A DNA stretch of 64,000 bases from a virus. Location of the stretch: IMG/VR virus record IMGVR_UViG_3300045988_092861, positions 14,226-78,225 of that record, one strand, 5' to 3'. A program made the translations under genes and the position numbers. The notes under the pieces were generated by a model. That model was not told where the DNA came from, ran no database searches, and was given only the letters and a program-made list of their open reading frames with translations. Below, piece by piece: positions 8,145-15,297 of the stretch; position 1 is the stretch's first letter, and each line of letters opens with the position of its first letter.

Positions 8145-8677
8145 CAGATGAATCATCACAGCCGAAAGTAAAGTCTTTCGTACATAGAATTCCCAATCCT
8201 GTTGGAAGACCATACAAGATTAAGTCTTCTCAGGAATTATGGGATAAGTTTGTAGCTTACTGTGATGATGTTGAAAACGACCCTTGGCAGCAAAAGACTG
8301 GTAGCAATTCCATTGCAGGTGGCAGCGGCAAATCCACAAATTCCATGAGACAAGAGGTAAGGGTTTTCAGAAGAGCCTATACCCTTGTCGGATTTTGTGC
8401 TTTCTGTGGCATCGTTCAGAAATGGGCGGATTTCAAGAGAGGTAATCTTAAGAGACCAGGCTTTGAGCAGGTGATAACACAGATTGAGAATGTCGTGATG
8501 GCCCAGCAGATTGATGGCGCCATGCTTCATCAGTTTGATTCCAGCATTGTTGCAAGGCTCAACGGATTGGCAGACAAGCATATTCAAGAAGTAACAGGCA
8601 AGGATGGTGAGGACTTCAAGTTCCCTAAACTATCCTTGGATGATATTAAAGAATTACAGAAGATAAATGGACTTTGA
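8141..8677 (+). CDS. Terminase small subunit (putative)
   Basis: 178 aa, directly upstream of and overlapping TerL. The N-terminal GRPYKIKSSQELWDKFVAYCD resembles a TerS HTH region. Confidence 0.5.
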   Translation: MTDESSQPKVKSFVHRIPNPVGRPYKIKSSQELWDKFVAYCDDVENDPWQQKTGSNSIAGGSGKSTNSMRQEVRVFRRAYTLVGFCAFCGIVQKWADFKRGNLKRPGFEQVITQIENVVMAQQIDGAMLHQFDSSIVARLNGLADKHIQEVTGKDGEDFKFPKLSLDDIKELQKINGL

Positions 8678-10145
8678 GAAACAACGTTTTCTCCATAAGC
8701 AGTTAGTGGCTTCATCCCTACTGCAATTCACTACCAAGATGTTCGCCTATACTGCCCGACGTGAGTATGTTATAGGCGAACATCATAGGATTATATGTGA
8801 TGCGCTCATGGATGTTATAAGAGGAAAGACGAATAAGCTGATTATCAACATCAGCCCACGTTATGGAAAGACCCTCTTGTGCTCACAGATGTTCATCGCA
8901 TATGGTCTTGCGCTGAACCCTGCTTCAAAGTTTCTACATATATCTTATTCCGGAAGTCTCGTCCAAGACAACTCAATGGCGGTCAAGGACACGATAACTT
9001 CCGCATATTTCCAAACATTATTTCCGAATGTCAAAATCCGAAAGAACGATAACACAAGATCAAAATGGAGCACAACGGCAGGTGGTGGTGAGTATGCTAC
9101 ATCTACCTTGGGTCAGATCACAGGTTTTGGTGCAGGTCAGCCAGACTGGACCGAAGAAGACATAAAGAACATGGATAAGTTCATGGCTACGTTCAACCCT
9201 GGTCACTTTTCGGGAGCCATAGTTATCGATGACCCTTTACGACCAGATGATGCCTTGTCTGATAATGTAAGAGAGTCTATCAACAGACGCTTCGAGACAA
9301 CCATCCGTAACCGTGTAAACTCGCGTCACACGCCAATTATCATCGTCATGCAAAGATTGCACGAGCACGATTTGTGCGGTTACCTTCAAGAGATTGAGCC
9401 AAATGAGTGGAAGGTTGTTTCCCTCCCGGTAATACAGACAGACGAGGACGGAAAGGAGCGAGCATTGTGGCCATGGAAGCATACACTGGAAGAGCTGTAT
9501 AAAATCAAGCATGCCAGCGAGTTCGTATTTGAGACACAGTACATGCAGAACCCTACCCCTATGGAAGGTCTTATGTACCATGCCTTCAGAACATACGACG
9601 AGCTGCCGGACAGAAGGTATGCAAGAATGATTGGCAACTACACCGACTCGGCAGATACTGGTTTCGACTTCCTTTGCTCTATATGCTTCGATGCACATGA
9701 TGACGGTTACTATGTTACCGATGTTCTATACACTAAGCGACCGATGGAATACACGGAGCCAGCGCAAGCCAATATGGTTAAGCGTAATCAGACAGACGTG
9801 TGCTTCGTCGAGAGTAACAACGGTGGACGCTCTTATGCCCGCAATGTTGAGCGCATAACAAGGGAACACGGAAACAGAATCACCCAGTTCGTAACGTTCA
9901 CGCAATCGAAGAACAAACAGATTAGAATTTTCACTCGCTCCAGCGAGGTAAATAATAAATTAGTATTCCCTTCTAATTGGGAGCAGTTGTGGCCGGAGTT
10001 TGCCCACGACATGAAATCCTACAGAAAGGAAGGATATAACGCCCACGATGATGCGCCGGACGCTTGTACGGGCATCATAGAGAAGTGCGAGGAGTGGCTT
10101 AACAATGCTACCGATGCACAGCTCAGGCAAGGAGGATTCTTGTAA
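8667..10145 (+). CDS. terL: Terminase large subunit
   Basis: 492 aa with Walker A-like SPRYGKT, Walker B-like AIVIDDP and a C-terminal nuclease-like region. Its size and position are typical of TerL. Confidence 0.85.
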   Translation: MDFEKQRFLHKQLVASSLLQFTTKMFAYTARREYVIGEHHRIICDALMDVIRGKTNKLIINISPRYGKTLLCSQMFIAYGLALNPASKFLHISYSGSLVQDNSMAVKDTITSAYFQTLFPNVKIRKNDNTRSKWSTTAGGGEYATSTLGQITGFGAGQPDWTEEDIKNMDKFMATFNPGHFSGAIVIDDPLRPDDALSDNVRESINRRFETTIRNRVNSRHTPIIIVMQRLHEHDLCGYLQEIEPNEWKVVSLPVIQTDEDGKERALWPWKHTLEELYKIKHASEFVFETQYMQNPTPMEGLMYHAFRTYDELPDRRYARMIGNYTDSADTGFDFLCSICFDAHDDGYYVTDVLYTKRPMEYTEPAQANMVKRNQTDVCFVESNNGGRSYARNVERITREHGNRITQFVTFTQSKNKQIRIFTRSSEVNNKLVFPSNWEQLWPEFAHDMKSYRKEGYNAHDDAPDACTGIIEKCEEWLNNATDAQLRQGGFL

Positions 10146-10229
10146 TTTCATATTTTTTAACTATGCTCGTAAGGCGTTTGCTCGTGAGAGTAAGCGCCTT
10201 AACTATTTGAATATCAATCTATTGTAATT

Positions 10230-10369
10230 TAGTATTTTTAACTAAAATAATTATTAGTATATTTGCATATATCAAATAATTTTCGTATCTTTGCATATAG
10301 ATAAAAGGTAGTACTTTTGACTATTCAGAGCCTACCTTACAAGTTGAACCAATTAAAATTATAAAGATT
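10230..10369 (+). promoter_or_regulatory. Family-1 promoter cassette, copy 2
   Basis: -33 TTTG 10262-10265, a 20-nt spacer, then -7 TATCTTTG 10286-10293. Leader hairpin AAGGTAG/CTACCTT at 10305-10338, then GAACCAATTAAAATT at 10346-10360. Differs from 18513-18652 at about 3 positions over about 143 nt. Confidence 0.65.
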
Positions 10370-10597
10370 ATGAAGACAATTAAAGTTACCAATGCTCCAA
10401 AGTCAATGATTATGGTACTCGTTGAGAATGACAATAGATTCGTTTTTAACAGCGGTGACATATTTATTATGGGAACGAGCAACGTAGAGAAGTTCAAGAA
10501 ATACATAAAAACAAAAGGCATATCTTCCTCTGAGATTGATAGCCTCTCCTACGAAGTCGTTGATATTGACGAGGTAAGTGATTTGTATAATTTCTAA
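10370..10597 (+). CDS. Hypothetical protein
   Basis: 75-aa ORF with ATG directly after the conserved leader. No recognisable motif. Confidence 0.5.
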   Translation: MKTIKVTNAPKSMIMVLVENDNRFVFNSGDIFIMGTSNVEKFKKYIKTKGISSSEIDSLSYEVVDIDEVSDLYNF

Positions 10598-10618
10598 CCA
10601 ATTGAAATTATAAAGATT

Positions 10619-10810
10619 ATGAGTACTTTATTAGTTACATTCTACAAGGAGGTGTTTCACGGTATGGATGACAAGACCTTAGAAAAGGTTGAGTTCGAAC
10701 ATAAGAAGAACGTGAACAAGAGTGATTACGAAAATATGACGGATGCTTATGACATTGCAGTAAGCAGAGGGCACAACCCTGGTAAGAACATTTCAATAAA
10801 GGAGGTTTAG
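10619..10810 (+). CDS. Hypothetical protein
   Basis: 63-aa ORF preceded by a second copy of the AACCAATTGAAATTATAAAGATT leader motif. Confidence 0.45.
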   Translation: MSTLLVTFYKEVFHGMDDKTLEKVEFEHKKNVNKSDYENMTDAYDIAVSRGHNPGKNISIKEV

Positions 10811-10812
10811 CT

Positions 10813-10974
10813 ATGGACAGTGTTTTTGAAACAAAGCTTCTCAAATACAAGAAGCACATCATCCAGGTTTTTGAGGATATGTTTGGTCAGAGATACGTCT
10901 ATATCGACGGCAAGACACAGACTTATTCTATTAATAATGCAAAGAGAATGATTAGCCTATGTTGTCAACAGTAA
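10813..10974 (+). CDS. Small hypothetical protein (53 aa)
   Basis: ATG 10813 follows AAGGAGG at 10799-10805 and lies 2 nt after the upstream stop. Below the ORF-track length cut-off. Confidence 0.3.
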   Translation: MDSVFETKLLKYKKHIIQVFEDMFGQRYVYIDGKTQTYSINNAKRMISLCCQQ

Positions 10975-11231
10975 TATTCACTGATGGTGCCAAGAAGAAT
11001 GTGGAGCCATCCAACGGAACGGATTTCTCATTGGAGGAGTTGAGAGGATTTGTAGGTGGCCACATCGAGTTGGTCAGACTCAGCAATTCGCAGGTGATGG
11101 TAGTTAATGAGGAAGGCAAGGTTTACGACCTTCCTCAGAACGAGAACGCCACGATGCTTGTGAACATCGCAGGTATCAGAGACGTAATAGTAGGTAATGT
11201 ATTAGTTTGTGACATTAATAAAATCAAGTAA
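10959..11231 (+). CDS. DUF3846-like protein
   Basis: LEELRGFVGGHIELVRL...VVNEEGKVYDLPQNENAT matches the DUF3846 pattern (VGG.IE...NEEGK..LP.N) from memory. Confidence 0.5.
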   Translation: MLSTVIFTDGAKKNVEPSNGTDFSLEELRGFVGGHIELVRLSNSQVMVVNEEGKVYDLPQNENATMLVNIAGIRDVIVGNVLVCDINKIK

Positions 11232-11232
11232 T

Positions 11233-11415
11233 ATGGATAAGAATGATTTGATGAAGTACCTCGTAGAAGAGGCAGAGTATAGTGAGAGCGAAGTAGCTGA
11301 AATGACTAACACGAAGCTGCTGGATCATTGGCTGGAGTACAACGGAATTTGCGGTTTCACAGAGGATATCAAAAATGTTGTTGAAGCTGCTTTTGATGTA
11401 GATTTGGAGGACTAG
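11233..11415 (+). CDS. Hypothetical protein
   Basis: First ATG is at 11233; the track start at 11209 is GTG inside the upstream gene. Acidic 60-aa product. Confidence 0.45.
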   Translation: MDKNDLMKYLVEEAEYSESEVAEMTNTKLLDHWLEYNGICGFTEDIKNVVEAAFDVDLED

Positions 11416-11417
11416 CT

Positions 11418-11636
11418 ATGTACAAAGAGAATATAGGAACAGACAGATATGGGCGCACGATGCGCCTATATCACTCCTGCAACACGGTCTATTGCGACCA
11501 CGTCAAGAATGACAAGGTAGTCAGGACAAACCAGATAAAGGTAGATAACTGCATCATCTTAATGTTTAGTGCTCCGCATACGAGTGGAGCATACATTTAC
11601 GATGAGATTCACAGAAGATACGGAAAACGGCTATGA
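11418..11636 (+). CDS. Hypothetical protein
   Basis: 72-aa ORF with ATG, 2 nt after the upstream stop. Confidence 0.45.
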   Translation: MYKENIGTDRYGRTMRLYHSCNTVYCDHVKNDKVVRTNQIKVDNCIILMFSAPHTSGAYIYDEIHRRYGKRL

Positions 11637-11773
11637 AAGAGATTATCACCATTGAAGTAGAAAGCTCTAGTGTAGAGTGCTATAGTAGCTTTTATACGGA
11701 CCTGTTGTCTTTCGTCGCGCACAGAGTGAATGGTACTCCATTGAGAATTAAAATAATCTCAGATATTAAGTAG
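11633..11773 (+). CDS. Small hypothetical protein (46 aa)
   Basis: ATGA overlap with the upstream stop. Ends at the TAGCGTATG junction with the ligase gene. Confidence 0.3.
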   Translation: MKEIITIEVESSSVECYSSFYTDLLSFVAHRVNGTPLRIKIISDIK

Positions 11774-11776
11774 CGT

Positions 11777-12571
11777 ATGAAACCAATGTTAGCAACAAGA
11801 TATTATCCGTCACAGACGAAGTTTCCTTGCTTCGTTCAGCCTAAATACGACGGAGTTAGATGCGTCCTTCATGAAGGAGAAGGTGGTGAGGTTCATCTCA
11901 CATCGAGAGGTGGCAAGGAATATGATGTTCCTCAGATTAAGGCGTGGGGAGAGAAGCACCGCGGTATGCTTCCTTTGGATGGTGAGATATACAACCACCA
12001 GGAATTGACCTTTCAACAGATATGTTCTGCTGTAAAGTGCCGCTCTACCATGACCGACAAGCTACGTATGGTTATCTACGATGCACAGATTCCAGGAAGC
12101 TTTGCTACCAGATGGAAAGCTCTGCAGGAGGAATTTGCTCCCATTGATCCAAACGGACCTGTGTACCTTACGCAGACTTTCGTTGCCCATTCAGAGAAGG
12201 ACATCAAGCGATGGCACAAGATATTCGTTTCCACCGGTTACGAGGGTGCCATTATCAGAAATGCAGATGGAATCTATACCGAGGGCAGAAGCAATGACCT
12301 TATGAAGCTGAAATCGTTCGATACGACGGAGTTCAAGGTGGTAGATGTTTTGGAAGCGGAGGGCAATGATGCGGGTACCGCTATATTCAAACTGAAGTGT
12401 GGAGAGCATGAGTTCTGCGCCCGCCCAGTAGGTCCAAGGTCACTCAGAGCCCAATACTTAGCCGACAAGTACGAGTTGATAGGTATGGCGGCGACTGTTC
12501 AGCACCAGGGTTATTCTGATGCTGGAGTGCCGAGATTTCCTGTATTGTTGAACATTAGGGATTACGAGTAA
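11777..12571 (+). CDS. ATP-dependent DNA ligase (minimal, about 264 aa)
   Basis: Nucleotidyltransferase motif I QPKYDGVRC (KxDG), motif IV GYEGAIIRN and motif V DLMKLK. Confidence 0.9.
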   Translation: MKPMLATRYYPSQTKFPCFVQPKYDGVRCVLHEGEGGEVHLTSRGGKEYDVPQIKAWGEKHRGMLPLDGEIYNHQELTFQQICSAVKCRSTMTDKLRMVIYDAQIPGSFATRWKALQEEFAPIDPNGPVYLTQTFVAHSEKDIKRWHKIFVSTGYEGAIIRNADGIYTEGRSNDLMKLKSFDTTEFKVVDVLEAEGNDAGTAIFKLKCGEHEFCARPVGPRSLRAQYLADKYELIGMAATVQHQGYSDAGVPRFPVLLNIRDYE

Positions 12572-12711
12572 TGACAGCATTAAATATTAACGAGTATTAC
12601 GGCTGCTTCTCTTGCGAGGCTGCTGACGAGCACGGAAATGGTTGCAGGCACGGTCTGCTGTTCCCGGTACTGCTTACAATGGAAAAACAAGAGAAGCTGC
12701 CCAAACTATAA
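12571..12711 (+). CDS. Small Cys-containing hypothetical protein (46 aa)
   Basis: ATG overlaps the ligase stop (TAATG). No other support. Confidence 0.25.
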   Translation: MTALNINEYYGCFSCEAADEHGNGCRHGLLFPVLLTMEKQEKLPKL

Positions 12712-12729
12712 ATTCGAAGAGAAATAATT

Positions 12730-13296
12730 ATGGAGTTAGAAGTTAAGTTAAAAAGAAAATATGAGTCAAAGACAGAGCCTCTTATCCTTATTAATTATAA
12801 AAGAGACTTGCGAAGATGTGTCAACATAACTTACCCAAGAGATTGGGATTGCGAAAAGCTTGATACGTTCATTCAAACGTTTCACGACATACACGTAAGA
12901 AAGCCTTTATACACGTCAGAATGGGGGGCTTTGCTTATGAAAAACAGACTTGAGGAAATCAAGGAACTTGGCTATCGTGTCATTGCAATTAAGCAAACGT
13001 ATGGCTATATCGTTCGAAAGGACGGAAAGTTTCTATATTATCAGCTTGCCAGATATACATCAGAAGGAGGAATAAGCCTAACATACAATTATAAGCCTTC
13101 AGCTAAACATGGGACAGGTGCTATACAGGGCGGAGAGAGTGGCTACAACTTTGGATTCACCGAGTTCAGCAAAGAGATGCTGGACGAGATGATGGACTAC
13201 CCTAAACTTTACGGAAAGGTAGAGCGTTATAAGGACTTTTCTGACTACTGTAAAAGAGAGTCTAAACGTTATAGCTATCTTGAAAAGTTTATTTAG
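12730..13296 (+). CDS. Hypothetical protein
   Basis: 188-aa ORF with ATG start. No recognisable motif. Confidence 0.55.
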   Translation: MELEVKLKRKYESKTEPLILINYKRDLRRCVNITYPRDWDCEKLDTFIQTFHDIHVRKPLYTSEWGALLMKNRLEEIKELGYRVIAIKQTYGYIVRKDGKFLYYQLARYTSEGGISLTYNYKPSAKHGTGAIQGGESGYNFGFTEFSKEMLDEMMDYPKLYGKVERYKDFSDYCKRESKRYSYLEKFI

Positions 13297-13322
13297 ATTT
13301 TTTGGTTCAACACAATAAAGTA

Positions 13323-13400
13323 CCATATGATGCGTTATTAATCTGATAGACGGATTATTAACTAAAGCTTAGCTACCGGCATGACGGGCGCATCATATGG
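13323..13400 (+). promoter_or_regulatory. Long-range 12-bp inverted repeat enclosing the start codon of 13397-13723
   Basis: CCATATGATGCG (13323-13334) is the exact reverse complement of CGCATCATATGG (13389-13400). ATG 13397-13399 lies in the 3' arm. An inner TAATC/GATTA stem is also present. Confidence 0.45.
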
Positions 13401-13723
13401 GAAATAGAAAATTTGTACCTCAAGTAGGCAAGCATTTAGGCAATATTGCCGATGCATTAGCTGTAATATCTATTCTTGCTCTGATAGTAACCTTTATTAT
13501 TTGGTTTGTTACTATAACCTCTTCCAATGGATATAGTAGTTATGAACGCTCTTCCTTGTCTGGATTAGAAGCCTTCGGTTTTATTATCTACTCTATGGAG
13601 GGTATAATAGCGTCTTTCGTTCTTAGAGGATTTTCTTTTGTAGTCAAAGCAGCTATCAAATATCTCGATGAGAAAGGTGAATTTGATGAGAAAGAAGAAA
13701 CTAGTACACCAAGCAATATTTAA
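13397..13723 (+). CDS. Small membrane protein
   Basis: Two hydrophobic segments (ALAVISILALIVTFIIWFV and GFIIYSMEGIIASFVL). AT-rich moron-like context. Confidence 0.55.
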   Translation: MGNRKFVPQVGKHLGNIADALAVISILALIVTFIIWFVTITSSNGYSSYERSSLSGLEAFGFIIYSMEGIIASFVLRGFSFVVKAAIKYLDEKGEFDEKEETSTPSNI

Positions 13724-13738
13724 ACAAAGATTTAAATC

Positions 13739-14167
13739 ATGAGAAAGATATTACCATTAATTTTTGTATTTTTCTTGTGTGGATGTATCAATCGTTTCCA
13801 TTCTGAAGCAGAAGAGAGATATAACTTTTTTATAGATAGCATTAAGCATGGATTTGATAGCAGTCAGTCGATTGTTGATGAAGGTATGGTATATGAAGAT
13901 GATTCTGTTTACATCAGAAGATTTGACTTAAAAGGTACTTACCCTTTGTCTTCAGAAACATATCGTGACTGGGTTGTCTATATTTATAGTCGCAATTTCC
14001 AAAATAAGCGATTTGAGTGCTTCTTTAAAAAAGAAAGATATGATAATATTATGAAGTTTTATCATAACGATACGTTTGTTACGATGGAAGAAGAAGATAA
14101 GCATAAGGCAAAAGTTCTTTGGAGCGTTGCTATAGCAATCGGAAAAGAAGTTAATATAATACACTGA
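13739..14167 (+). CDS. Lipoprotein (putative)
   Basis: Signal peptide MRKILPLIFVFFLCGC with a lipobox-like L-C-G-C. AT-rich. Confidence 0.6.
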   Translation: MRKILPLIFVFFLCGCINRFHSEAEERYNFFIDSIKHGFDSSQSIVDEGMVYEDDSVYIRRFDLKGTYPLSSETYRDWVVYIYSRNFQNKRFECFFKKERYDNIMKFYHNDTFVTMEEEDKHKAKVLWSVAIAIGKEVNIIH

Positions 14168-14200
14168 TAATCAACGATTTAAATTCGTAATTTTGGTTAA

Positions 14201-14275
14201 AAGATTTGGCAAATTGGCAAAATTTTCGTACCTTTGCATATAGAAAAAGGGTAGTAATTTTGTCTAAGAGCCTAC
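14201..14275 (+). promoter_or_regulatory. Family-1-type promoter, copy 4 (partial cassette)
   Basis: -33 TTTG 14205-14208, a 20-nt spacer, then -7 TACCTTTG 14229-14236. The ATTTTCGTACCTTTGCATATAG core is identical to the other copies. A short GTAG/CTAC hairpin follows. Confidence 0.55.
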
Positions 14276-14418
14276 TAAATAGGGCAACTGCAACGTTACG
14301 ACCTGCCAAGGAGATAAGACCGGGACGCTGGTTCTCTAAGGCTGTTTTTCGAGGGCGTGACAAGCGGCTGCCCTTCTCTATTAAAATGAGCTTGATGGTT
14401 GCTTAATACGAAAAACTT

Positions 14419-15123
14419 ATGGCAACAAACGCAGACATGAGCTTGAAAGAGTTCGCAAAGGAAATGCTGGTCGAAGTTAGAAAGGACCAGGAGTGGTTAA
14501 AAAGGCAGAAGGAAATCATGGGTGATCTCCAGGAGAGAATCGATGAGTGCTTCAAGAAAGTGCAGAAGTGCGACATGACAAAAGGCATCTACTCCACTAC
14601 GCAGATGGCGAAGGAGTTGGGCATGAGCAGCGCACAGAAGTTGTACGAAGAGCTGAAGGAGGTTGGCCTTGCGTTCAACCAGGGTTATGAGTGGATGCTG
14701 ACAAGTCCCTACTCCACCTACCAGCTAACTGAGGTGACTACACACCTTATCAAGGGCAAGTACATAAGAAGACCTCTTTGGACGGAGCGAGGCAGACGCT
14801 GGCTTCTCGCATTGAAGGAGAAGAACATCATCTGCAACCTCCCGAAGCCGAGAGTGCCGAAGGCTGTTGAGAAGTGTATTGCTTCTCAGTCCGGTGAGAA
14901 GAAGAAAGAGGTCAAGGTTGAGCCACCAACACCGCTGATGAAGAAAGCCGAGACGCTTAAGGATGAAATCAACTGCCTTTTGAGTCTCATTACAGAGGTC
15001 GGAAAGGGAGAGACGATGCTCCTTATGGGAGACATCATGACAATCTCCACAACCATCAGTGAGCACGTGAGCACATTGACTTTCGAGGCTTACAAGACAT
15101 TAAATGCACCAGCGAGGGCTTGA
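14419..15123 (+). CDS. Antirepressor-like protein (KilAC/ANT-like domain)
   Basis: YSTTQMAKELGMSSAQKLYEELKEVGLAF...PLWTERGRRWLLAL resembles the ANT/KilAC C-terminal domain. It has its own consensus promoter and a long leader. Confidence 0.5.
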   Translation: MATNADMSLKEFAKEMLVEVRKDQEWLKRQKEIMGDLQERIDECFKKVQKCDMTKGIYSTTQMAKELGMSSAQKLYEELKEVGLAFNQGYEWMLTSPYSTYQLTEVTTHLIKGKYIRRPLWTERGRRWLLALKEKNIICNLPKPRVPKAVEKCIASQSGEKKKEVKVEPPTPLMKKAETLKDEINCLLSLITEVGKGETMLLMGDIMTISTTISEHVSTLTFEAYKTLNAPARA

Positions 15124-15144
15124 ACCAATTAAAATTCGAAAAGA

Positions 15145-15176
15145 TTTGGATTTTCCAAAATAAAATATTACCTTTG
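15145..15176 (+). promoter_or_regulatory. Consensus Bacteroidetes promoter in front of candidate sRNA
   Basis: -33 TTTG 15145-15148, a 20-nt spacer, then -7 TACCTTTG 15169-15176 followed by CAGC. No ORF lies downstream. Confidence 0.5.
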
Positions 15177-15182
15177 CAGCGG

Positions 15183-15297
15183 TAAAGGAGAAAGATAAAA
15201 GCACTGAAATTCATCCGGAACCTAAGCCCAAATTGAGTCAGGCAGGGGCGCCAATTAGGCCTGTTTGACCTTGGATGGTTTCAGTGCTTCATTTTTA
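15183..15297 (+). ncRNA. Candidate ~115-nt rod-like sRNA; may also act as a bidirectional terminator
   Basis: An 11-bp closing stem (15199-15209 with 15279-15289) continues into about 8 more pairs (15211-15218 with 15271-15278). Inner CAGGC/GCCTG stem. A 3' CATTTTT run follows. It sits between convergent genes. Confidence 0.4.

Noticed and set aside
10170-10201. Possible terminator hairpin after terL (TAAGGCG ... CGCCTTA).
   Set aside because: It has only a 7-bp stem with an 18-nt loop and no downstream T-run, which is too weak to call.
14206-14406. 66-aa ORF in the leader of the antirepressor gene.
   Set aside because: It begins upstream of the predicted transcription start and inside the promoter. 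The sequence is basic and low-complexity, and no coupling signals are present.
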